Shown here: positions 31,985-40,994 of the stretch, in pieces
Position numbering within the stretch: the stretch's first letter is position 1
Layout: the number at the start of each line of letters is the position of its first letter
Position numbers and translations under genes: made by a program
NCBI GenBank assembly: GCA_963785235.1
Contig: CAWAUM010000005.1
Location: 32,001 to 96,000 of the forward strand
DNA: 64,000 nucleotides
Reading direction: 5' to 3'
From: an uncultured delta proteobacterium
GTDB taxonomy: Bacteria; Desulfobacterota; Desulfomonilia; UBA1062
The notes under the pieces: model-generated
Databases searched by the model: none
Told to the model about the DNA's origin: nothing
What the model saw: only the letters and a program-made list of their open reading frames with translations

Positions 31985-32767
31985 ATGGCAGAATTCATTA
32001 AACTCATTGATGTAACGAAATGTACGGGATGCAGGGGATGCCAGGTGGCATGTAAGCAGTGGAACGGACTACCTGCAGACAAGACCATCTACACAGGATC
32101 TCTGCAAAACCCGAAGGACCTGTCGTATAACACCTGGACCCTCATCAGGTTTGACGAGGTTGAGAAGAAAGGCAAGATGAACTGGCTCATGCGACATGAC
32201 GCGTGCATGCACTGTGATTGGCCGGCATGCGTCAAGGCCTGTCCGTCACCCGGCGCGCTGGTAAAGACCGACGAAGGTGCCGTAGTCCACGATCCTAAAT
32301 ACTGTATCGGCTGCAAGGCCTGTATTGCTGCCTGCCCCTTCGACATCCCTCGGTATTCCGACGAGCTGCAGAAGATAGCAAAGTGCACCCTCTGTTATGA
32401 CCGCATCACCGACGGCAAGCAGCCTGCATGTGTAACCTCGTGCCCCACCGGCTGCCTCACCTTCGGGACCAAGGAAAAAATGCATGAGAAGGCCCTGAAA
32501 CGTGCTGAGAAGGTGGGTGGGTTTGTGTATCCGAACAACCCGAAATATGAGACCCATATCCTGTACGTTATGCCCGGCACAGTGAATATTACTGATTTCT
32601 CACACGCAAACCCCGATCCGAAAATGCCGCTTTCGGTACTCTTGTGGAAGAACCTTTTCAAACCTTTCGCGCTCATTGGTATCGGTGCTGTAGCCGGCGG
32701 TGCTTTCCTGCACTACATCACCAAGGGGCCTCACAAGGTGCACGAGAAAAAAGAAGGGGGTGAGTAG
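31985..32767 (+). CDS. fdnH: Formate dehydrogenase Fe-S subunit
   Basis: Four CxxCxxC-type motifs and a C-terminal transmembrane anchor. Confidence 0.92.
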   Translation: MAEFIKLIDVTKCTGCRGCQVACKQWNGLPADKTIYTGSLQNPKDLSYNTWTLIRFDEVEKKGKMNWLMRHDACMHCDWPACVKACPSPGALVKTDEGAVVHDPKYCIGCKACIAACPFDIPRYSDELQKIAKCTLCYDRITDGKQPACVTSCPTGCLTFGTKEKMHEKALKRAEKVGGFVYPNNPKYETHILYVMPGTVNITDFSHANPDPKMPLSVLLWKNLFKPFALIGIGAVAGGAFLHYITKGPHKVHEKKEGGE

Positions 32768-33408
32768 ATGTCAGCGCATGAAGAAAACATGGTAAGAGTC
32801 ACCGATGTGGAAGAGAGGATCGTGCACTGGCTGCTGGCAGGGAGCTGCATCTTCTGTCTGATAACAGGCTCGGCCTGATGTTCCAATCATGGAGCTTCAT
32901 CCCCACACTCTTTGGCGGCTATTATGCCACAAAGCTGATGCATATCTTCGCAGGTGTTGTCTTTTCCGGTATGCTCGTGCGTTCCTATTTCATGTGGAAA
33001 AAGGACTGCGAATTTGAGCCGGATGACATGAAGTGGGTCCTCAAGGCCGGAGGATATCTCTGGCCCGTTACAGACCTCCCTCCTGTATACAAGTATAATG
33101 CAGGCCAGAAGGCGTTCTTCTGGTGCCTCATGGTGTTCGGCGCCATCATCGTGGTAACCGGGTACTTCATGTGGCTGTGGAACCCCACAATGGTGCCCCT
33201 GGTGATTGCACGCTGGGCCTATATGCTCCATGCCATGTCCGTAGTGGTCCTCGGGGCATTCATCATGATCCATTTTTACCTGGGAACCATCGGTAATCCA
33301 GGGACAGTCTCAGCCATGATCACCGGTTGGGTGAGCAAGGCATGGTGCGAAACACACTGCCCACGCTGGTTCGCAGAAAGGAACAAGAAACCCGGAGCTG
33401 CTGCATAA
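32768..33408 (+). CDS. fdnI: Formate dehydrogenase cytochrome b subunit (apparent frameshift at about 32868)
   Basis: ERIVHW in the upstream frame; LMHIF, KYNAGQK, LHAM, IHFYLG, AMITGWV...H.PRW. Confidence 0.9.
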
Positions 33409-33440
33409 AGCATAAGAAGAAATACAAAAAGAGAATCACA

Positions 33441-33470
33441 GAGGGCCCTCGCTTGAGGGCCCTTTTTTTA
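33441..33470 (+). terminator. Intrinsic terminator after fdnI
   Basis: AGGGCCCTC-GCTT-GAGGGCCCT plus T-run. Confidence 0.85.
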
Positions 33471-33506
33471 TACTGGATTATGCGTTTAGGCATAGTAAAA
33501 ACTTGA

Positions 33507-33592
33507 TCCGTCAAAAACCTCAATCTTGCAGCCATGAAGGACCGATAAATTTTTCATTACACCATGGCTGCAAGATTGAGGTTTTTAACGGA
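33507..33592. repeat. 30-bp inverted repeat (29/30) with a 26-nt spacer, MITE-like
   Basis: TCCGTCAAAAACCTCAATCTTGCAGCCATG / CATGGCTGCAAGATTGAGGTTTTTAACGGA. Confidence 0.75.
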
Positions 33593-33801
33593 CCTATTGA
33601 AACAACTCAAATTTCACAATGAATCTCATGCCTAAGACCATAAGAAGTGCAAAAAGCATCTACGGGTACATCCATTTGCAAAATCTGGTTTTACAAGATC
33701 CTTCATAAGGCCTTCCCTTTAACCAATAAAATCCTATTATTTATTCTAAAGGCAGATACAGAACTTACAAACTTGATGAGATTAAGAAAGGAGATGAAAA
33801 A

Positions 33802-34395
33802 ATGATTACACTTCCTGATCTTCCCTACGCCAAGGATGCGCTGGCGCCGGTCATCAGCGCGAATACCCTGGAATTTCATTACGGCAAGCACCACAAGGCA
33901 TATGTGGACAACACGAACAAGCTCATTGCAGGAACGGATCTGGAGAACGAAACACTGGAAAACATACTGAAAAAGGCATCAGGAGATCCCGCAAAGGCAG
34001 GTCTGTTCAACAATGCAGCCCAGATCTGGAATCATTCCTTTTACTGGCAGTGCCTGAAGCCCGGTGGAGGCGGGGCACCCAAAGGGGCAGTTGCTTCGAA
34101 GATCACCTCCACCTGGGGAAGTGCGGACAAGTTCTTTGAAGAACTTAAGAACGCCGGAGTCACCCAGTTTGGCAGCGGATGGGCATGGCTCGTGCTGGAA
34201 AATGGAGAGCTCAAGATAACAAAGACAGCAAATGCAGACACCCCGCTGGTGCACAAACAGACACCGCTCTTGACCATCGATGTCTGGGAGCACGCCTATT
34301 ATCTCGACTACCAGAACCGCAGGCCGGACTACCTTTCGGCAGTTATGGAAAAGCTCATCAACTGGGATTTTGTGAACGCCTGCTTCAGCAAATAA
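33802..34395 (+). CDS. sodB: Fe superoxide dismutase
   Basis: HYGKHHKAYV, FNNAAQIWNH (Fe-type), QFGSGWAWL, DVWEHAYY. Confidence 0.93.
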   Translation: MITLPDLPYAKDALAPVISANTLEFHYGKHHKAYVDNTNKLIAGTDLENETLENILKKASGDPAKAGLFNNAAQIWNHSFYWQCLKPGGGGAPKGAVASKITSTWGSADKFFEELKNAGVTQFGSGWAWLVLENGELKITKTANADTPLVHKQTPLLTIDVWEHAYYLDYQNRRPDYLSAVMEKLINWDFVNACFSK

Positions 34396-34400
34396 AGCTT

Positions 34401-34431
34401 AAGGGGGCCGGCAGCCTGGGCCCCCTTTTTT
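34401..34431 (+). terminator. Intrinsic terminator after sodB
   Basis: AAGGGGGCC...GGCCCCCTT plus T-run. Confidence 0.8.
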
Positions 34432-34450
34432 AAATTTCAATAACACGGTA

Positions 34451-34502
34451 TTGACGCGACCCTTGGTCAGGGCTATTCTGGTATTACTATTACCGGTATT
34501 AC
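34451..34502 (+). promoter_or_regulatory. sigma70 promoter of vapBC with repeated GGTATTAC boxes (candidate autorepression site)
   Basis: TTGACG-17nt-TATTCT followed by GGTATTAC...GGTATTAC. Confidence 0.5.
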
Positions 34503-34519
34503 ACATACAGGAGGTATGT

Positions 34520-34747
34520 ATGCGGATCACAACTAAGGGCCAGGTAACTATACCCCAGGAAATTCGGGAGAAGATGAACATCAGGCCCGGTGCTGAAGTT
34601 GATTTTGTTGAGCGGGATGGAAACGTCCTGTTGATAAAGAAGAAAACCCCCAAACACACAAAGAGCGGGTTCAGAAAATTCCGCGGGAGTGCAACCGTGA
34701 AGATGAGCACACAGGAGATCATGAAGCTCACGAGATCAATCAAATGA
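34520..34747 (+). CDS. vapB: AbrB/MazE-family antitoxin
   Basis: MRITTKGQVTIPQEIREKM; RBS AGGAGG; ATGA-coupled to the PIN toxin. Confidence 0.88.
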   Translation: MRITTKGQVTIPQEIREKMNIRPGAEVDFVERDGNVLLIKKKTPKHTKSGFRKFRGSATVKMSTQEIMKLTRSIK

Positions 34748-35169
34748 GCCGTATCCTGGTGGATTCAAATGTTCTGCTTGATGTATTCGAGGATGATGCC
34801 AACTGGGCAGACTGGTCCGAGTCCATGCTGGACTACTACCGGTCTTCTCATGTCCTTTGCATCAACCCGGTTATCTATGCCGAGATATCCATGGGATTCC
34901 AGAAGATTGAAGAGGTGGAGAAGGTGATCTTTGGGTGTGCCCTTGTCCTGGAGAATATCCCCAGGGAAGCTTTATTTCTTGCCGGAAAGGCATTTTTAAA
35001 ATACCGCAAGCAGAAGGGGAACAAGGTGTCTCCCCTGCCGGATTTTTTTATCGGAGCCCATGCTGCGGTTGCAGGATATCCCATCATTACCCGGGATACC
35101 TCCAGGATCAGTTCTTATTTCCCGACCGTTGAGATCATCTCCCCGGAAAAGAGATCAAGGCAGGAATGA
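34744..35169 (+). CDS. vapC: VapC PIN-domain toxin
   Basis: LVDSNVLLD, YAE, PDFFIGAHA, ITRD. Confidence 0.9.
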   Translation: MSRILVDSNVLLDVFEDDANWADWSESMLDYYRSSHVLCINPVIYAEISMGFQKIEEVEKVIFGCALVLENIPREALFLAGKAFLKYRKQKGNKVSPLPDFFIGAHAAVAGYPIITRDTSRISSYFPTVEIISPEKRSRQE

Positions 35170-35190
35170 AACTTCATTGTAATGAAAAAA

Positions 35191-36459
35191 TTACGCCTTC
35201 ACCCTCGGCAGGTCTTTCCACGACGTGGTGAACTGCGGTGACTTTCTGGTCTGGCGCATCCACCAGGGCCGTTCGAACCCGGAGGCTGCAAAGGCCAGCG
35301 TTCCTCTGCCCCAGCGCCGGTTGATAGTGTCTACGGTCTGCATGAGCCCCAGTTCTTTCTCCCCCTCGCGGCTCTGATGAAAGAGGTTGAGCTGCACCTG
35401 GCCGCGCTGCACGATGCCCGAGAGCATGACGCCGACCTTCCTGTAGGCAGGCCCCTTGTGGTAGATGCGCCGGAGCAGGGCCTTGGCATAGCGGATGAGG
35501 TCGGGAGTGTGGGCCGTGGCAACGGGGATGGCTGCAGAGCAGATGCGGGTCTTGGGGTGGCCGTCGTTGAAAGGGAACTCCATGAGGATCACCTGCATGC
35601 ATGAGGCCGCAGAGCCCTGTTGGCGCAGCTTCTCGGCGGCCCGGGAGACATAGGCCGCCGCCGCTTCCTCCAGTTCTTGGATCCGGTACACCCTCTTACC
35701 GAAGGACCGGGAGCACAGGATCGCCTTTCTGGGCGGCTCGGCCTCATCCAGTGGGATGCAGGAGGTTCCCCTGAGTTCGAGGGCCGTGCGCAGGCCCATG
35801 ACGGTCATGTGCCTCTTCACCCATTCATCCGGCGCGTTCCTCAGGTCGAGTGCGGTAAGGATGCCGTGGCGCCTGAGAAATTTGGCATACTGGCGGCCCA
35901 CGCCCCAGACATCATCCACCTCGATGGTGGAAAGGACCTCTTCTTCGCGGCCCGTGATGTCGAACACGCCTGCGCAGCCCCGGGCCTTCTTGGCCGCCTT
36001 TGCTGCGGCCTTGGCCAGTGTTTTGCTGGGACCGATCCCGATTGAAACAGGGATGCCCACCCACTTTTTCACGGTCTTCCTGATGGTCCTTCCATAAGCG
36101 GTGAGGTCGCCTGCAATGCCCTCAAGGCCCAAGAATGCCTCGTCAATGGAGTAGACCTCCATGTCCGGCGTGAAGGAGGCCAGCGTCTCCATGACCCTGC
36201 GCGACAGGTCCCCGTAGAGGCTGTAGTTGGACGAGAAGACGCGAACGTTTTCTTTGGCCACCAGCTCTTGGCACTGGAAGATGGGTTGGCCCATCTTTAG
36301 CCCCAAGTCCTTGGCTTCATTGGACCGGGAGATGATGCACCCGTCGTTGTTGGACAGCACCACCACGGGCTTGCGCTCCAGGCCGGGGTTGAACACCCGC
36401 TCGCACGAGGCGTAGAAGTTGTTGCAGTCAACGAGGGCAAAGGTTTTATCTACTGCCAT
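35191..36459 (-). CDS. umuC: Y-family translesion DNA polymerase V catalytic subunit
   Basis: LVDCNNFYASCE, SNNDGC, YSIDEAF; C-terminal WWMRQ..KSPQFTT.W. Confidence 0.93.
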   Translation of the reverse strand: MAVDKTFALVDCNNFYASCERVFNPGLERKPVVVLSNNDGCIISRSNEAKDLGLKMGQPIFQCQELVAKENVRVFSSNYSLYGDLSRRVMETLASFTPDMEVYSIDEAFLGLEGIAGDLTAYGRTIRKTVKKWVGIPVSIGIGPSKTLAKAAAKAAKKARGCAGVFDITGREEEVLSTIEVDDVWGVGRQYAKFLRRHGILTALDLRNAPDEWVKRHMTVMGLRTALELRGTSCIPLDEAEPPRKAILCSRSFGKRVYRIQELEEAAAAYVSRAAEKLRQQGSAASCMQVILMEFPFNDGHPKTRICSAAIPVATAHTPDLIRYAKALLRRIYHKGPAYRKVGVMLSGIVQRGQVQLNLFHQSREGEKELGLMQTVDTINRRWGRGTLAFAASGFERPWWMRQTRKSPQFTTSWKDLPRVKA

Positions 36460-36481
36460 AGTTCTGGGGTCTTTCCCTTGG

Positions 36482-36571
36482 CCTCTTCAAATCCAGCATC
36501 TTCCCGGCCGCTGAGCCCTTCATTCAAGGCATATCGCTCGAAAGGCCGGGAAGATGCTGGATTTGAAGAGG
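36482..36571. repeat. 28-bp perfect inverted repeat with a 34-nt spacer between umuD and umuC
   Basis: CCTCTTCAAATCCAGCATCTTCCCGGCC / GGCCGGGAAGATGCTGGATTTGAAGAGG. Confidence 0.8.
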
Positions 36572-36605
36572 TTAATTTTCTCTTAAGCCGTTTCATCGAC
36601 CTTCC

Positions 36606-37049
36606 TCACACCTTGTGGATCACATAGGTGACCACGCCCCACACCTCCACGCGCATGCCTTCCGTTATCTCGATGGGCTTGAAGCTCGGGTTTTCGGCCA
36701 GCAGGAAACACCGGCCCTCTGTGCGCTGAAATCTCTTCACCATGAACTCGCCTTCGATCACCGCGATGACGATATTGCCGGAACCGGCTTCGAGGGCCTT
36801 GTCCACGATGAGAATGTCACCCGGGTGGATGCCCGCCTCGATCATGGAGGTGCCCTCCGCCCGCACAAAAAAGGTGGCTGACGGGTGAGAGATAAGGAAC
36901 TCGTTCAGGTCAAGCTTCTTGTCGATGAAATCGTCCGCAGGCGAGGGGAACCCGGCGGATACACCTGCCGTGAAGAGGGGTATCTCGAGCTTTTTCCCGG
37001 CCTCGAAGCCCCATATGGCGCTGACGCGTGTTTGGTTGTTTTTGGTCAC
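36606..37049 (-). CDS. umuD: Pol V autoproteolytic subunit (S24 peptidase)
   Basis: SAGFPSPA cleavage site; GTSM (Ser) and VKR (Lys) catalytic dyad. Confidence 0.92.
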   Translation of the reverse strand: MTKNNQTRVSAIWGFEAGKKLEIPLFTAGVSAGFPSPADDFIDKKLDLNEFLISHPSATFFVRAEGTSMIEAGIHPGDILIVDKALEAGSGNIVIAVIEGEFMVKRFQRTEGRCFLLAENPSFKPIEITEGMRVEVWGVVTYVIHKV

Positions 37050-37346
37050 AGAGGCTTATTCTAGCACTGAGAATGCTCGGTGTAAAGGGAAGCGCCCAGG
37101 TTTTGCACGGACCTAGTTTAAAAGCAATACCATGATCATAATGAAGTTTATGCTTAAAGCCCATGAAGTGTCATGAAGTGTATAGAATAGGTATGTTTAA
37201 AAGCAAAACCTGGGTTTAAGAAAAATGTCTCTAAATATTTTACCCCCCTTTTTCCGAAAAGGAGACTTTAGAGGGGCAGGATCTTGACATGCAATGAACT
37301 GATCCTATAAAGGTATTAATCACTTATTAAAAAAAGAGGGTAACAA

Positions 37347-37748
37347 ATGTTTAATTTGAGATTTCAAGAGGTTATAGGCCTGCTCCTGGGGCCGGATGCC
37401 AGTGAGGAGAGGCTGGGGGTGTGCTATCCCGCCCTTGATGTGTTTGAGAACACCGAAGGATTATGCATCGAGGTAGAGATTCCCGGCGTAAACCCTGATG
37501 ACGTGGATGTCGAGGTGATCGGCAGGACCCTGATAGTCACCGGTATGAAAAAGGATGTACTATCCAATAAAGGTGTGCGTTACATAAGGATGGAACGGGG
37601 CTTTGGAAAATTCTCCCGTGAGCTGGATGTTCCCGAGCGGTTCAACCTGGAGAAGATAGAGGCCAAGTTCATAGACGGGGTCTTAAAGATCAGGATTGCC
37701 AAGGCCGAAGACGGAGTTAAGAAGATCAAGCGAATAGAGATTGCTTAG
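37347..37748 (+). CDS. Hsp20/alpha-crystallin small heat-shock protein
   Basis: PALDVFE...EIPGV...MERGFGKFSR...AKFIDGVLKI; lies upstream of lon. Confidence 0.88.
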   Translation: MFNLRFQEVIGLLLGPDASEERLGVCYPALDVFENTEGLCIEVEIPGVNPDDVDVEVIGRTLIVTGMKKDVLSNKGVRYIRMERGFGKFSRELDVPERFNLEKIEAKFIDGVLKIRIAKAEDGVKKIKRIEIA

Positions 37749-37759
37749 GAGATAAATGA

Positions 37760-40168
37760 ATGGAGAATGAGAAACAGGCAATAGAGATTCCCGAGAACAT
37801 CCCGCTTCTTCCCATCAGGGATGTCGTCATATACCCATACATGATATTACCCCTGTTTGTTGGAAGGGGCCTGTCCATCAAGGCGGTTGATGAGGCGCTC
37901 AACAAAGACAGATACATCTTTTTGGCTGCGCAGAAGGACTCCACCGTCGAGGAACCAAGCGAAGAGCAGATCTTCACTGTGGGCACCGTGGCCATGGTCA
38001 TCAGGATGCTCAAGCTCCCGGACGGCAGGGTGAAGATCCTGGTTCAGGGAGTTGCAAAGGCCCGCATAAAGAGCTTCAACAAGGACGAGAAGGGTTTTTA
38101 CAGCGTTAATATCGAGAAGATCGAGGAGCCCGAGCTCAAGGAGATCACGGTCGAGGTAGAGGCCATGATGCGTGCGGTAAAGGAGCAGTCCGAGAGGATT
38201 CTCCAGCTGCGCGGCATTGTGTCACCCGATGCGCTGTCCATCCTGGAGGCCATAGATGACCCGGGACGCTTGGCAGACCTGGTGGCATCAAACTTAAGGC
38301 TCAAGGTGGAGGAATCCCAGCATGTGCTGGAGATCGTGGAACCCATTGAGCGGCTCCGGCATGTAAACCAGCTTCTTAGTAAGGAAATGGAGCTCTCCGA
38401 GGTCCAGGCAAGGATACAGACCCAGGCAAAGGAAGAGATGAGCAAGACCCAGCGCGAATACTTCCTGCGCGAACAGTTGCGGGCCATCCAGCAGGAGCTG
38501 GGCGAGGTGGACGAAAAGGGTAAGGAGATCGAGGAGTATCAGGAGAAGATCAACACCGGCGGGATGCCCGAAGATGTGAAGAAGGAGGCCACCAAGCAGA
38601 TCGACAGGCTCCGCATGATGCATCAGGACTCGGCCGAGGCCAATATCATCAGGACCTATCTCGACTGGATGACAGATCTGCCCTGGGGCAAGGCCACGCA
38701 GGACAAGCTCGACATCAAGGGTGCTGCAAAGAATCTTGACGAGGATCACTATGGCCTGGAAAAGGTCAAACAGCGTATCCTGGAATATCTGGCAGTGCGC
38801 AAGCTCAACCCTGATAAGAAGGGTGCGATCCTGTGCTTTGTTGGACCCCCGGGCGTGGGCAAGACTTCACTCGGCAGATCCATTGCGCGGGCGCTGGGCA
38901 GGGAGTTCTACCGGCTTTCCATCGGCGGAGTCCGCGATGAGGCTGAAATAAGAGGCCACAGGCGGACATACATCGGCGCCATGCCGGGCCGCATTGTCCA
39001 GGGCATCAAGCAGGCAGGGTCCAACAACCCGGTCTTCATGATCGACGAGGTGGACAAGATCGGACAGGACTATCGGGGCGATCCTTCTTCGGCGCTCCTT
39101 GAGGTGCTTGACCCTGAGCAGAATTTCTCATTCCAGGACCACTATTTGAATGTGCCTTTTGATCTTTCCAAGGTTATGTTCATCACCACGGCCAACCTCA
39201 TAGACCCCATCCCAGGCCCGCTGAAGGACAGGATGGAGATTATCGAGCTGCCGGGTTACACGGACCAGGAAAAACTGCAGATTGCCAAGCGATACCTTGT
39301 GTCCAGGCAGGTGACAGAGAACGGTATGAAGTTTGAAGATATAAAGTTTTCGGATGAGGCGATCCTTGACCTCATCAATCACTATACCAAAGAGGCCGGG
39401 GTAAGAAACCTGGAGCGTGAGATCGGATCCATCTGCAGAAAGGTAGCCCGTGATATTGCCGAAAAGAACGGCAAACGCAGAAAGATCTATCGTATAACCG
39501 CCAACAGCGTGTCCAAATACCTAGGTGTACAGAAATTCCTGCCTGAGCAGGAGCGCATGGAACACGAGGTAGGGGTGTCCACAGGCCTTGCCTGGACGCA
39601 GTTCGGGGGAGAGATCCTTTACATAGAGGCCACAGCCCTGAAATGCCAGGAAGGCAAGGGAGGCAACCTGGTGCTCACCGGCCATCTGGGAGATGTGATG
39701 AAGGAATCCGCCCAGGCCGGGCTGACGTATATCCGCTCTCGGGCAAAGCACCTTGGTATACCTGATACCTTCAATAAAGATAACGACATCCATATACATG
39801 TGCCAGCCGGGGCCATTCCCAAAGACGGCCCGTCCGCAGGCATCACCATGGCAACCGCCGTTATATCGGCACTCACCAACAAACCTGTCCGGAAGGATAT
39901 CGCCATGACAGGCGAGATAACGCTGCGGGGCAAAGTGCTTCCCATTGGAGGGCTCAAGGAAAAGACCTTGGCGGCACACCGCAACAAGATTTTCGAGATC
40001 ATCATCCCCAAGGACAATGAGAAGGACCTTGAGGATATCCCACCGCTGGTCAAGAAGAAGCTGAAATTCTACCCGGTGAACTCCATGGACGATGTGCTCA
40101 AGCACGTATTCGTACAGGAAAAGCCTGCAGGGAAGGCCGTAATCAAGCAGGCCAAGGCAGCGAGCTGA
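37760..40168 (+). CDS. lon: ATP-dependent Lon protease
   Basis: [41 protein letters not shown]. Confidence 0.97.
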   Translation: MENEKQAIEIPENIPLLPIRDVVIYPYMILPLFVGRGLSIKAVDEALNKDRYIFLAAQKDSTVEEPSEEQIFTVGTVAMVIRMLKLPDGRVKILVQGVAKARIKSFNKDEKGFYSVNIEKIEEPELKEITVEVEAMMRAVKEQSERILQLRGIVSPDALSILEAIDDPGRLADLVASNLRLKVEESQHVLEIVEPIERLRHVNQLLSKEMELSEVQARIQTQAKEEMSKTQREYFLREQLRAIQQELGEVDEKGKEIEEYQEKINTGGMPEDVKKEATKQIDRLRMMHQDSAEANIIRTYLDWMTDLPWGKATQDKLDIKGAAKNLDEDHYGLEKVKQRILEYLAVRKLNPDKKGAILCFVGPPGVGKTSLGRSIARALGREFYRLSIGGVRDEAEIRGHRRTYIGAMPGRIVQGIKQAGSNNPVFMIDEVDKIGQDYRGDPSSALLEVLDPEQNFSFQDHYLNVPFDLSKVMFITTANLIDPIPGPLKDRMEIIELPGYTDQEKLQIAKRYLVSRQVTENGMKFEDIKFSDEAILDLINHYTKEAGVRNLEREIGSICRKVARDIAEKNGKRRKIYRITANSVSKYLGVQKFLPEQERMEHEVGVSTGLAWTQFGGEILYIEATALKCQEGKGGNLVLTGHLGDVMKESAQAGLTYIRSRAKHLGIPDTFNKDNDIHIHVPAGAIPKDGPSAGITMATAVISALTNKPVRKDIAMTGEITLRGKVLPIGGLKEKTLAAHRNKIFEIIIPKDNEKDLEDIPPLVKKKLKFYPVNSMDDVLKHVFVQEKPAGKAVIKQAKAAS

Positions 40169-40190
40169 AATAACCTCATTGAGAATCAGT

Positions 40191-40229
40191 AAAACAGCCC
40201 TGCAGGGATTAACCTTGCAGGGCTGTTTT
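40191..40229 (+). terminator. Intrinsic (bidirectional-type) terminator after lon
   Basis: AAAACAGCCCTGCA...TGCAGGGCTGTTTT. Confidence 0.85.
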
Positions 40230-40395
40230 CATACGATCAAGTTACCACCCAAAGTTCTTGTCAAATAAACTATGCTATCCAGGTCTTTTTAAGATTGATA
40301 ATTTATTGCGTGAATCTCTGCTTTAGATAACTTGCCTATATCAATATATGAAATGTAATGAGGGTAGCTTTATCTAGTTCACATGGGGACATTAT

Positions 40396-40472
40396 CAAAG
40401 AAAAGGAGGGCTATTGCAGCCCTCCCAAGAGGAGGTTAATCGTGGTGTGAATCTCTGGATGAATATAGGATT
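40396..40472 (-). ncRNA. Candidate ~75-nt small RNA with an anti-Shine-Dalgarno seed
   Basis: Starts about 12 nt after a sigma54 -24/-12 element, carries AACCTCCTCTT, and ends in the GGAGGGCT/AGCCCTCC hairpin plus TTTTCTTT. No ORF or RBS. Confidence 0.55.
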
Positions 40473-40482
40473 TCTAAATAAT

Positions 40483-40499
40483 TGCATAACGTGTGCCAA
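40483..40499 (-). promoter_or_regulatory. sigma54 (-24/-12) promoter
   Basis: Minus strand reads TTGGCACACGTTATGCA, with exact GG-N10-GC spacing. Confidence 0.7.
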
Positions 40500-40713
40500 G
40501 GAAAAGCCTAATGATTTCTATGATAAATCAGATGTGATTGTTGCAATTAAACCACATATTGCCATATAAAGGAAAAGATGATATTGTCTTACTGTAATAC
40601 TTTGGAAATAATAATCTAAACCCACAGCAAGGGCCATTCTCTGTGAATGCGACTCAGTAATGAGGTCCTGTGCATGATAATATGTGGCTCCATAAAAAAA
40701 CGAGGAGGATGTT

Positions 40714-40989
40714 ATGACAAAAACGGATCTGGTTGACGTTATCGCAGGCAAAGTAAAGATATCAAAGGTAGCAGCATTGGAAGCCGTAGATGCCTTCACT
40801 GATTCAATTACCGGCGCTCTTAAGAAAGGCGATAAGGTCACACTGATAGGATTCGGTACCTTTGATGTTGCGAAAAGGGCAGCGAGAGAAGGCGTGAATC
40901 CCCAAACCAGGCAGAAGATAAAGATCAAGGCAAGCAAAGCCCCCAGGTTCAAGGCAGGCAAAGCATTGAAGGAGGCGGTCAATAAATAA
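40714..40989 (+). CDS. hup: HU-family DNA-binding protein
   Basis: MTKTDLV...LIGFGTF...REGVNPQT...PRFKAGKALKEAV. Confidence 0.95.
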   Translation: MTKTDLVDVIAGKVKISKVAALEAVDAFTDSITGALKKGDKVTLIGFGTFDVAKRAAREGVNPQTRQKIKIKASKAPRFKAGKALKEAVNK

Positions 40990-40994
40990 CGGCC

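Noticed and set aside
32768-32880. In-frame TGA in fdnI as selenocysteine, or a separate 36-aa leader peptide (TGATG overlap)
   Set aside because: The downstream coding sequence is in another frame, there is no SECIS-like hairpin, and adding one base restores the expected ITGLGLMF transmembrane helix.
34520-37049. vapBC-umuDC as a mobile element or prophage remnant
   Set aside because: No integrase, transposase, att-like direct repeats or phage genes nearby, and the flanks are housekeeping genes.
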